The position numbers and the translations under genes were made by a program. Below the pieces are notes generated by a model. It saw only the letters and a program-made list of their open reading frames with translations. It ran no database searches and had not been told where the DNA came from. A stretch of DNA of 64,000 nt from Alphaproteobacteria bacterium (GTDB lineage Bacteria > Pseudomonadota > Alphaproteobacteria > SP197): positions 96,001 to 160,000 of the forward strand of contig OZ219746.1 of NCBI GenBank assembly GCA_964291265.2. The letters run 5' to 3'. Below are positions 41,736 to 50,531 of this stretch, in pieces; within the stretch, counting starts at the first letter, position 1, and every line of letters starts with the position of its first letter.

Positions 41736-42545
41736 ATGACGCGTTTCACCATTGCCACCTGGAACATCAACTCGGTACGTCTGCGGCTCGCCCAGGTTCT
41801 GGCATTCCTGGATGATCACCGGCCCGACGTGCTGTGCCTCCAGGAAACCAAGACGGCCGACTCCACCTTTCCCCTCGGCGCGTTCCGGAATGCAGGCTGG
41901 CCGTATGCCATGATCGCCGGTTTCAAGGGCCGCAACGGCGTGGCGATCCTGAGCCGTCATCCCTTCGCCGGCAGTCACGAGCTGTCGTGGTGTGGCAAGG
42001 ATGACGGCCGCCACGTGCAGGTGACCTTTCCCGACGGCCTTCGGATCGACAACATCTACGTCCCGGCGGGCGGCGCCATCCCGGATCCCGGGATCAACGA
42101 CAAGTTCGCCCACAAACTCGATTTCCTGGAGGAGGTGACGGACTGGATCATCGACGAACGGGACCAGGGCGCACGGCGAGTCCTGGCCGGCGACCTCAAC
42201 ATCGCGCCGCTGGAACACGACGTGTGGTCGCACAGGAAGCTTCTGCGCGCCGTCTCCCACACTCCGGTGGAAGTGGAATCCCTGGGGCGTCTCTACGCCT
42301 CCCATGACTGGACCGACGTCGCCCGCCATTTCGTGCCGCCCTCCGAGAAACTCTATTCCTGGTGGCCCTACAGGAGCGGCCGGGACTGGTCCGCCAAGGA
42401 CTATGGCCGGCGCCTCGATCACATCTGGGTGACGCCGTCCCTCGTGTCGTCCCTTCGCGGCTGCCGGACGCTGCGTCACATGCGCGAACACGATCAGCCG
42501 AGCGACCACGTTCCGGTGCTCGCTACCCTGGAGTTCTCCGGATGA
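41736..42545 (+). CDS. xth: Exodeoxyribonuclease III
   Basis: TWNINSVR, LQETK, GDLNIAP, RLDH, SDHVP. Confidence 0.93.
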   Translation: MTRFTIATWNINSVRLRLAQVLAFLDDHRPDVLCLQETKTADSTFPLGAFRNAGWPYAMIAGFKGRNGVAILSRHPFAGSHELSWCGKDDGRHVQVTFPDGLRIDNIYVPAGGAIPDPGINDKFAHKLDFLEEVTDWIIDERDQGARRVLAGDLNIAPLEHDVWSHRKLLRAVSHTPVEVESLGRLYASHDWTDVARHFVPPSEKLYSWWPYRSGRDWSAKDYGRRLDHIWVTPSLVSSLRGCRTLRHMREHDQPSDHVPVLATLEFSG

Positions 42546-43306
42546 GCACGGACAAGGCCTGGCGCGTGTCCGGCGAGGGCGCCATCGCGACACTGACGCT
42601 CGATCGTCCGGACAAGCACAATCTCCTGAAGATGTCCGAGGTCGATGATCTGGTCGGCGACCTCGACGCCCTTGATGCCGACACCTCGCTCAGGGTGATC
42701 GTGGTGACCGGCACGGGCGCCAGGACCTTTTCGGCCGGAGTCGACCTCGGCGACATCCTGACCCGGGACTGGACCGACAATCCCGTGGAGCGCCTTGCCG
42801 ACCGCATCGAGGCGCTGCGCCCGGTGACCGTCGCGGCGCTGAACGGCCATGTCTACGGTGCGGCTGCCGATCTTGCCCTGGCCTGCGATTTCCGCATCGG
42901 CGTCGAGGACATGAAACTGGTCATGCCTCCGGCGCGCTACGGACTCGTCTTCCATGAATCGGGCCTTCGCCGCTTCATCGAGAAACTGGGTCCCGGCACC
43001 GCCCGTCAGCTCTTCCTCGCGTCGCGGGACATGGGTGACCGACGCCTCCTCGAAACCGGCTACCTCGACCAGCTGTGCACGAGGGAGGATTTCTCCGACA
43101 CGGTGAAGGCCTTCGCCGAACACCTTGCCTCCCTCTCCCCGCTGTCTCTTGCCATCACCTCGAAGGCGATCACGGACATTTCGCGTGGCACGCTCGATTC
43201 CGCGCGACTCAAGCGCGAGACGGTGGCGTGTTTTGCGACCGACGACGCCCGCGAAGGCATGGCCGCGGCACGCCGGAAGAGACTTCCCCGATTCGTCGGC
43301 CGCTGA
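42542..43306 (+). CDS. Enoyl-CoA hydratase/isomerase family protein
   Basis: TLDRPDKHN, FSAGVDL, AALNG...LALACDFRI. Confidence 0.88.
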   Translation: MSTDKAWRVSGEGAIATLTLDRPDKHNLLKMSEVDDLVGDLDALDADTSLRVIVVTGTGARTFSAGVDLGDILTRDWTDNPVERLADRIEALRPVTVAALNGHVYGAAADLALACDFRIGVEDMKLVMPPARYGLVFHESGLRRFIEKLGPGTARQLFLASRDMGDRRLLETGYLDQLCTREDFSDTVKAFAEHLASLSPLSLAITSKAITDISRGTLDSARLKRETVACFATDDAREGMAAARRKRLPRFVGR

Positions 43307-43494
43307 CGGAGCGTGGCACGGCGTTCGGTGTACCGCACAGATCATGCCGGAGTCGGTGTCATCGGGGAGTCGATCTCCCGGGAGAACGAGTTGCCAAACG
43401 GAAGCCTCCTCTCCCTGCGGACCTGACCGACCAGTCAAGTGACATCCGGCGGCTCGTGGCGACATCGCGGGAGGAGGGGGGCGGTTTCTCCGGT

Positions 43495-44364
43495 TCAGCC
43501 GTGTGCGGCGACGAGGGAAGCGAGAAAGGCGTTGACGGTCCTGGGAGCATGGCGGTTGAGCGAGACGTGCCCGAGACCGGGCAGTTCGTGGTAGTGGCCG
43601 TGGCGCGCCGCTTCGGCCACACGCCTGACCACGCGCGGCGGCGTCTGGATGTCTTCCGAGAAGGCGACCGCATGGATGGGCACGGGACAGTCGGCGAGGG
43701 CGGCCGTCACGTCGTAGTCAAGGCACGCCTGCCACTGCGCGATCAGCATCTGCGGGTCGCGGTCGGCGAAGCGGGGCGTGTAGGCAGCCTTGATCCGTTC
43801 CCACAGGGCTTCGTCCTCCAGGGCATTGGCGGGATGGGCAAAGGCGGCGTAGTGACATGCGGCAAAGTCCGGCGGCATGGCGAGGCCGCCATCCAACCGG
43901 GCCTGGACTTCCGCTGTCATCCAGTCGCGCGTGAAACCGGTGATCCTGGCCGACGTTCCCATGACGATGGCGAGGCGAACGAGATGGGGGTGATCGATGG
44001 CGACCTGCTGGGTGATGAGCGATCCCATGGACAGCCCGGCGAGAATGACGGGCGGCGAACAGAAGGCTTCGATGATGCCGGCGCAGTCATCGCCAAACTG
44101 CTTCATCGACCAGGGCGGCGGCGTGCCGGTGGTTTCACCCGCACCCCGGGGGTCGTAGGCCGTCGATCTGAGGTCGTTGTGGAAGAACTCGAACTGCTCG
44201 GCCCAGTAATGCGCCGGACTGTCTCCTCCGGGAACCCAGACAATGTCGGGTCCGCTGCCTCCCTGCAGCACCCGGAACCGCGCATTCGCCGTCTCGTGGA
44301 ACTGCACACGGACCATGTCGGCAAACGTCGTCATCCGGAGCGCCTCCGCCGCGATGATCGCCAA
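43495..44364 (-). CDS. Alpha/beta hydrolase
   Basis: YDPRGAG, GLSMGS nucleophile elbow, C-terminal GH. Confidence 0.85.
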   Translation of the reverse strand: MAIIAAEALRMTTFADMVRVQFHETANARFRVLQGGSGPDIVWVPGGDSPAHYWAEQFEFFHNDLRSTAYDPRGAGETTGTPPPWSMKQFGDDCAGIIEAFCSPPVILAGLSMGSLITQQVAIDHPHLVRLAIVMGTSARITGFTRDWMTAEVQARLDGGLAMPPDFAACHYAAFAHPANALEDEALWERIKAAYTPRFADRDPQMLIAQWQACLDYDVTAALADCPVPIHAVAFSEDIQTPPRVVRRVAEAARHGHYHELPGLGHVSLNRHAPRTVNAFLASLVAAHG

Positions 44365-44462
44365 CGGTAGAAGGCACGCGGCTTCTCGGCAACCGCTTGG
44401 ACTTCCACCGAGCCCGGGGATAGAGTGCCGCTCCGCGACACATCCCGGGAGGACCGAGTACC

Positions 44463-45767
44463 ATGGTTGCCGTATCGAAGATCGCCCGCGAGAAGGGTAT
44501 CAGGTATTTCCTGATCAGCTTTTCGGACCTTGCCGGCGTGGCCCGCTCCAAGCTGGTGCCGGCTGCCGCGATCGATGACATGGTGGCTGACGGTGCCGGG
44601 TTCGCCGGGTTTGCCACCCACCTCGACATGACGCCGGCCCATCCGGACATGTTTGCCGTGCCCGATCCCGAATCTCTCATCCAGCTTCCCTGGAAACCGG
44701 AGGTCGGCTGGATGGCCGGCAACCTCGTGATGGCCGGAAGAGAGGTCGACCATGGTCCGCGCAACGTGCTGCGGCGCATGATCGTGCGCGCCGGGGACGA
44801 AGGCATGCGTTTCCGGACCGGTGTGGAGTGCGAGTTCCACCTGATCAACGCCGACGGCAGCGACATTCACGATTCCCGCGACATCATGGACAAGCCGTGC
44901 TATGACCAGCAGGCTCTCATGCGTCGCTATGACGTCATCGCCGAGATCTGCGATGCCATGCTGACCCTGGGCTGGGGGCCCTACCAGAACGACCACGAAG
45001 ACGCCAACGGCCAGTTCGAGATGAACTGGGACTACGCCGATGTCCTCGTGACCGCTGACCGCCACACCTTCTTCAAGTTCATGGTGAAATCGATCGCCGA
45101 GAACCACGGGCTGCGGGCCACGTTCATGCCCAAGCCTTTCACGCACATCACTGGAAACGGCTGCCATACCCATGCCAGCATGTGGAATTCGGCAGGTGAC
45201 ACCAACCTGTTCCACGATCCGGACGGGGAGCTCGGCATTTCCCGGATGGGCTACCACTTCCTCGGTGGCGTGCTCAGGCATGCCCGGGCGCTGACTGCGA
45301 TCTTCAATCCGGTGATCAACAGCTACAAGAGGATCAACGCCCAGGTCACGGCGTCGGGCGCGACATGGTCGCCCAACACGGTCTCCTACACGGGCAACAA
45401 CCGCACGCACATGGTGCGGATTCCCGACGAGGGGCGCTTTGAGTTCCGCCTGATGGACGGGGCCACCAACCCCTACCTGGCCCAGGCCGCCCTGCTCGCC
45501 GCCGGACTTGACGGAATTGCCGGCGAGGTCGATCCAGGCGAGCGTCTTGACGTCAACATGTACGAAACCGATGCCGAAGCGTTGAATGTCGAGCGCCTGC
45601 CGCTCAATCTCCTCGACGCGGTTCGCGTGGCTGAGTCCAACACGATGCTGCGTGACTATCTCGGCGACGAGACCGTCAACGCCTTCCTTTCCATGAAGAA
45701 GCGCGAGTGGCTCGATTACACGCGTCACCTGACCCAGTGGGAGCGTGTCAACACTCTCGATTGCTGA
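44463..45767 (+). CDS. glnT: Type III glutamine synthetase / gamma-glutamylmethylamide synthetase-like
   Basis: GAGFAGFA, KPCYDQQALMRRYD, DHEDANGQFEMNW, ATFMPKPF, NNRTHMVR. Confidence 0.88.
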   Translation: MVAVSKIAREKGIRYFLISFSDLAGVARSKLVPAAAIDDMVADGAGFAGFATHLDMTPAHPDMFAVPDPESLIQLPWKPEVGWMAGNLVMAGREVDHGPRNVLRRMIVRAGDEGMRFRTGVECEFHLINADGSDIHDSRDIMDKPCYDQQALMRRYDVIAEICDAMLTLGWGPYQNDHEDANGQFEMNWDYADVLVTADRHTFFKFMVKSIAENHGLRATFMPKPFTHITGNGCHTHASMWNSAGDTNLFHDPDGELGISRMGYHFLGGVLRHARALTAIFNPVINSYKRINAQVTASGATWSPNTVSYTGNNRTHMVRIPDEGRFEFRLMDGATNPYLAQAALLAAGLDGIAGEVDPGERLDVNMYETDAEALNVERLPLNLLDAVRVAESNTMLRDYLGDETVNAFLSMKKREWLDYTRHLTQWERVNTLDC

Positions 45768-45809
45768 ACGTGCGGCCCACCCGTCTCGCTGGCGAGGGAG
45801 CGTGAAACG

Positions 45810-46721
45810 GTGATCCTCGTCTTCGGCTCGCTCAACATGGACTTCATCCTTCAGGTGGAGCGCCTGCCGGCGCCGGGGGAGACGGTGCTCACTCCGGAGC
45901 ACGCCACGGCGCCCGGCGGCAAGGGAGCGAACCAGGCGGTTGCCTCCGCCCGCGCCGGGGCAAATGTGAGCATGGCGGGTTGTGTCGGGCCGGACGACTT
46001 TGGCCGCGAACTGACTGCCATCATGACCGGCGAAGGCATCGACATGACCCATGTCGCCACGGCGACCCTGCCGACGGCGCTGGCTGTCGTCACGGTCGAT
46101 TGCGAGGGCGCCAACCAGATCGTCGTGTCGAGCGGAGCCAATCGAGAGGCCCGGCAGGCATATGTCGGGGATGACATGCTGAACGCGGCGACGACCCTGC
46201 TGCTGCAACGCGAAGTGCCTGTCGGCGAGTGCGCGGTCCTGGCCCGCCGGGCCCGGAACGCCGGCGTGCGTGTCATTCTCAATGCCGCACCGGCGGGTCC
46301 GGTTGATGGCGATGCGCTTGACCTCCTGATCGTCAACGAGGTTGAGGCACAAGCCGTCGCCAGGGAGTCGGGCCTGGACGGGCTTGCTCCAATCGATCTT
46401 GCACACCACCTGGCGCGCCACGATGGCGTGACAACCGTGGTGACACTGGGCGAGCGCGGTGCAGTCGCCGTCGGTCCCGGTGAGACCTGGAGCATTGGCA
46501 GCCTTGCGATCCGGCCGATTGACACCGTGGGGGCCGGCGACGCCTTTTGCGGCACCCTCGCCGCGGCTCTTGACATGGACATGCCGCTTCCTCGGGCCCT
46601 GCACCGTGCCTGCGTTGCCGGCGCCCTTGCCTGCCTTGAGCCGGGCGCCATGCCGGCCCTGCCGCGTTCCGAGGCCGTTGATGCCCGCCTCGAGGAACTG
46701 GCGCCGGCGGTTGCCGTGTGA
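45810..46721 (+). CDS. rbsK: Ribokinase (PfkB family)
   Basis: GSLNMD, PGGKGANQA, DTVGAGDAF. Confidence 0.88.
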   Translation: MILVFGSLNMDFILQVERLPAPGETVLTPEHATAPGGKGANQAVASARAGANVSMAGCVGPDDFGRELTAIMTGEGIDMTHVATATLPTALAVVTVDCEGANQIVVSSGANREARQAYVGDDMLNAATTLLLQREVPVGECAVLARRARNAGVRVILNAAPAGPVDGDALDLLIVNEVEAQAVARESGLDGLAPIDLAHHLARHDGVTTVVTLGERGAVAVGPGETWSIGSLAIRPIDTVGAGDAFCGTLAAALDMDMPLPRALHRACVAGALACLEPGAMPALPRSEAVDARLEELAPAVAV

Positions 46722-48031
46722 TGACTGACCGGCGGCGTGCCGGTCTGCCGCGGCTGGTGGCCCTCGATGCCCTCGTGGCGTGCCTCGAGGACCGGCGCCC
46801 GCTCGATCATGTGCTGGAACGGGACAAGCGGTTCAACAGCCTTGACTCCCGCGACCGGGCGCTCATTCATGCCGTGACCGCGGGGACCTGCCGCCGGCTG
46901 GGCCAGATCGACGCGCTGATCGCCGCCAGCCTCGAACGACCGTTGCCGGTGCGAGCGCGCACTGTGCGCGCCATCCTGCGCCTCGGCATCGCCCAGCTGC
47001 TGTTTCTCGGATTTGCGCCCCATGCCGCCATCGACAGTTCGGTACGCCTTGCCCATGCCCGTGCAAGGGGCATGGCCCCCTTCGTCAATGCCGTTCTGCG
47101 GAGGCTGCAAAGGGAGGGAAGGTCGCTGATGGCCTCCCAGGATCCGACGGTGCTGAACACGCCCGCCTGGCTCTATCGGTCATGGCGGGACGCCTGGGGC
47201 GGCGCTTCCGCGTCCGCCATCGCGAACGTGAACCTCGCCCGTCCGGAACTTGACATCACCGTGGTGGACGACGCGCAAGCCTGGGCGACACGGCTGGGGG
47301 GCCGCGTCCTTTCGACCGGCAGTCTCAGGGTACCTTCAGCCAGCCCTGTCAGGGATCTCCCGGGGTATGAATGCGGACGCTGGTGGGTTCAGGATACGGC
47401 CGCCTCGTTTCCGGCCCGTCTGCTCGGCGACATTGCCGGACGGCGGGTTCTTGATCTGTGTGCGGCACCGGGTGGCAAGACGGCGCAGCTTGCCGTTGCC
47501 GGGGCCCGCGTCACGGCGGTCGACGTGTCCGGACAACGCATGGCGAGACTGCAGGCCAACATGGAGCGCCTCGGTTGCACGATCGAGACATGCATCGCGG
47601 ATGCGGCCACCTGGCGTTCGTCAACGCCGTTCGACGCCGTGCTGCTCGATGCGCCGTGCAGCGGCACCGGCACCATACGCCGACATCCCGACATACCGTG
47701 GATCAGGGACCGGACGGACGTTTGCCGTCTCGCGTCCCTGCAGCGGCGGATGATTGCCAATGCTCTTGCCAACCTCTCTCGCCGGGGAGTTCTCGTCTAC
47801 GCGGCGTGCTCCCTGGAGCTGGAAGAAGGAGAAGCGCACCTCGGCCACCTGGGGCATGGCTGCCACGTCGATGCCATTCGTCCAGACGAGGTTCCTGGAC
47901 TCACCGAGGCGGTGACAGAGGAGGGATGCCTGAGGATACTGCCCACGCACCTTGCCCGGGAGGGAGGTCTGGACGGCTTTTTCGTCGTGCGCTTGCGACA
48001 GTCGGGTGAAGCTGGTACCTCAGTCGTGTGA
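46718..48031 (+). CDS. rsmB: RsmB/NOP 16S rRNA m5C methyltransferase
   Basis: NusB-like N-terminus, DLCAAPGGKT, LDAPCSGTG. Confidence 0.88.
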   Translation: MMTDRRRAGLPRLVALDALVACLEDRRPLDHVLERDKRFNSLDSRDRALIHAVTAGTCRRLGQIDALIAASLERPLPVRARTVRAILRLGIAQLLFLGFAPHAAIDSSVRLAHARARGMAPFVNAVLRRLQREGRSLMASQDPTVLNTPAWLYRSWRDAWGGASASAIANVNLARPELDITVVDDAQAWATRLGGRVLSTGSLRVPSASPVRDLPGYECGRWWVQDTAASFPARLLGDIAGRRVLDLCAAPGGKTAQLAVAGARVTAVDVSGQRMARLQANMERLGCTIETCIADAATWRSSTPFDAVLLDAPCSGTGTIRRHPDIPWIRDRTDVCRLASLQRRMIANALANLSRRGVLVYAACSLELEEGEAHLGHLGHGCHVDAIRPDEVPGLTEAVTEEGCLRILPTHLAREGGLDGFFVVRLRQSGEAGTSVV

Positions 48032-48687
48032 AGCAGTCCCTGCGCATTGCTCCTTCCATCCTGTCGGCCGACTTTTCCAGGCTCGGTCAGGAAGTCCGCG
48101 CCATCGACAGTGCCGGGTGTGACCGCATCCATATCGACGTGATGGATGGTCACTTCGTGCCCAACCTGACACTGGGCGCTCCGATCGTCGCGGCGCTGAG
48201 GGACTGCAGCACGAAGCCCTTCGACGTTCACCTGATGGTAAGTGCTCCCGATCATCTCATCGGGGACTTCATCAGCGCTGGCAGCGACATGGTGACTGTG
48301 CATGTCGAGGCAACACCGCATGTCCATCGCACCCTGCAGGTCATCCGTGAGTCAGGCGCCGGAGCCGGCGTTTCCCTCAATCCCCAGACCCCCGCCGTTG
48401 CCGTCGCCGCACTGCTTGAGCAGGTCGATCTCATCCTTGTCATGACCGTCAATCCGGGGTACGCGGGACAGACGTTCATCAAGGGTGTCCTGCCGAAGAT
48501 CGCGGAACTGAGGGCGATGATTGACGCCGGGGGACATGATATCGATCTCGGGGTCGACGGCGGCATCACACCCGCCACCGCGCACCTCGCGGCGACGGCC
48601 GGCGCCGATGTGCTGGTGGCGGGCACGGCCGTGTTCGCCGGCGGCCCTGGGCACTATGCCGACAACATCCAGGCGCTCCGGGTTTAG
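48028..48687 (+). CDS. rpe: Ribulose-phosphate 3-epimerase
   Basis: IAPSILSADF, HIDVMDGHFVPN, MTVNPG, VDGG. Confidence 0.96.
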   Translation: MKQSLRIAPSILSADFSRLGQEVRAIDSAGCDRIHIDVMDGHFVPNLTLGAPIVAALRDCSTKPFDVHLMVSAPDHLIGDFISAGSDMVTVHVEATPHVHRTLQVIRESGAGAGVSLNPQTPAVAVAALLEQVDLILVMTVNPGYAGQTFIKGVLPKIAELRAMIDAGGHDIDLGVDGGITPATAHLAATAGADVLVAGTAVFAGGPGHYADNIQALRV

Positions 48688-48689
48688 CG

Positions 48690-50387
48690 GTGGTGCACCA
48701 GGCAAGCGAACCGGGTTTCGTGTCCGATCCGCTGGAAGGACTCCGGTCGGTACTCTTTACAAGCCGGATCTATCGTTTCTTCCTGGCGCGGGAAGTACCG
48801 GACAATCTCCTGCAGAGTCTCAACGATCCGTGGCCAGGAGATGCAGCCCGGGGTCACGCCATCAGCGAGGGGCACTGGAAGCTGGCGAACCAGACATTCG
48901 TCTTCGATCATCGGCTGGGTCCGCCCGACTGGTATCCTCCGGGGGCCTGGAACGGCTGGCTCGAGGAGTTGCACGGCTTTACATGGTTGCGTGATCTTCA
49001 GGAAGCGGGAGGACACGCCCGCCAGATTGCCCAGACGGCCCTCACCGGATGGATTGCCGATTGCGGATCCTGGAACCGCTTTGCCTGGCGACCCGACGTT
49101 CTGGGACGGCGCCTTGCCTCGTGGCTGACGCATCACGGATTTCTCATCGGCGATGCCGATCCCCGTTTTCGTCAGCAGTTCTTCAGGAGCCTCACGGAAC
49201 AGACGCGGCATCTGGCTCGCGTGGCGACGCGGGGATCCTCGGGTCTCGGCAGGATCGCCGCCCTGCGGGCCCTGATCTTCGCCGGAATCACCCTGCCGGG
49301 GTCGGTGCGGCGCCTGCCGCAGGTCATGCGCCTCCTCAAGCAGGAACTGGATCACCAGATGTTGCCGGATGGCGGACAGCGCGAACGCAATCCCAGCGTC
49401 CAGTATCTTCTGTTGCGTGATCTCGTGGACATTCGCCTGGCCCTGATCCAGGGCCGCCATCCCGTTCCCGGCTGGCTCCAGCAGACCATCGACCGTGCCG
49501 CGCCCATGCTCCGCTTCTATCGACACGGTGATGGCGGACTGGCGCTCTTCAACGGGTCGCGGGAGGAATCGTCCCACCTGATCGACAATGTGCTGGCCAT
49601 CGGCCAGGCCACGGGACGGCCGCTGCGGCGCACACCGTACACGGGTTTCGAACGTCTCGAGGCGGGCAGTACCGTCGTTCTCGTGGATGCCGCCTGGCCT
49701 CCGGCAGCCGAGTGGACCGCGCGGGCCCATGCAGCCCCTCTTGCCTTCGAGGTGAGCTGTGGCAGGGAACGGCTGATTGTCTCCATGGGCGCCTGGCATG
49801 GCCCGGACAGCGACTGGCAACAGGCTGCCCGAGAGACCGCGGCGCACTCGACCATGACGGTGGACGATCGAAGCCTGGCGGAGTTCAGAAAGGATGGGCT
49901 CCTCGGCCGGGGACCACGCGAGGTGGAGGTGGAACGGCGCGAACGGCAGGGCAATGTGAGTCTTGTCATGAGACATGATGGATACCAATCGCCGTTCCGC
50001 CTGATCCACCACCGCACGCTTGCCCTCGCTGCAGATGGCCATGTGCTGAGAGGCGAGGACGTTCTCGACGGTCCTGGCGGCGAACGCTTCTCGCTGCGCT
50101 TCCATCTTCACCCCGATGTCCGGGCAGCGGTTGTGCACGACAGCCAGAGTGTTCTCCTCAGCCCGAGGTCCGGCAAGGGATGGCGGTTGAGCGTCAAGGG
50201 GGGTGTTCTGGAACTGGTGGGCAGTGTCTATCTGGGCGCGGGCACCATGCGCACGTCCCAGCAGGTGGTCGTGTCCCGGGGGCTGAACGGGGTCAGGAAC
50301 GTCGTCACGTGGGAGCTCGAACGCATCGAGTCGAGACCGAGAAGGAAACGGAAGCGTTCACACGGTGAAGAACTGGCTCTCGTCTGA
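48690..50387 (+). CDS. Heparinase II/III-like protein
   Basis: LHGFTWLRDL, HGDGGLALFNG, AHAAPLAFE, RFHLHP; synteny with rsmB-rpe. Confidence 0.8.
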   Translation: MVHQASEPGFVSDPLEGLRSVLFTSRIYRFFLAREVPDNLLQSLNDPWPGDAARGHAISEGHWKLANQTFVFDHRLGPPDWYPPGAWNGWLEELHGFTWLRDLQEAGGHARQIAQTALTGWIADCGSWNRFAWRPDVLGRRLASWLTHHGFLIGDADPRFRQQFFRSLTEQTRHLARVATRGSSGLGRIAALRALIFAGITLPGSVRRLPQVMRLLKQELDHQMLPDGGQRERNPSVQYLLLRDLVDIRLALIQGRHPVPGWLQQTIDRAAPMLRFYRHGDGGLALFNGSREESSHLIDNVLAIGQATGRPLRRTPYTGFERLEAGSTVVLVDAAWPPAAEWTARAHAAPLAFEVSCGRERLIVSMGAWHGPDSDWQQAARETAAHSTMTVDDRSLAEFRKDGLLGRGPREVEVERRERQGNVSLVMRHDGYQSPFRLIHHRTLALAADGHVLRGEDVLDGPGGERFSLRFHLHPDVRAAVVHDSQSVLLSPRSGKGWRLSVKGGVLELVGSVYLGAGTMRTSQQVVVSRGLNGVRNVVTWELERIESRPRRKRKRSHGEELALV

Positions 50388-50424
50388 CAACGGCGCCTTG
50401 CCGCGAATCGCCAGGTGGATACAT

Positions 50425-50519
50425 GGAGGGGGATCGGTTCCGGTGGACCGCCCGGTCTTCAAAACCGGTGAGGGGCGCAAGGCGTGCCTGGTGGGTTCGA
50501 CTCCTGCCCCCTTCCGCCA
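50425..50519 (+). tRNA. selC: tRNA-Sec(TCA)
   Basis: 95 nt; 8-bp acceptor stem GGAGGGGG/CCCCTTCC, anticodon arm CCGGT-CTTCAAA-ACCGG, long variable arm, GGTTCGACT, G-CCA end. Confidence 0.95.
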
Positions 50520-50531
50520 TCGCGGGGATTC

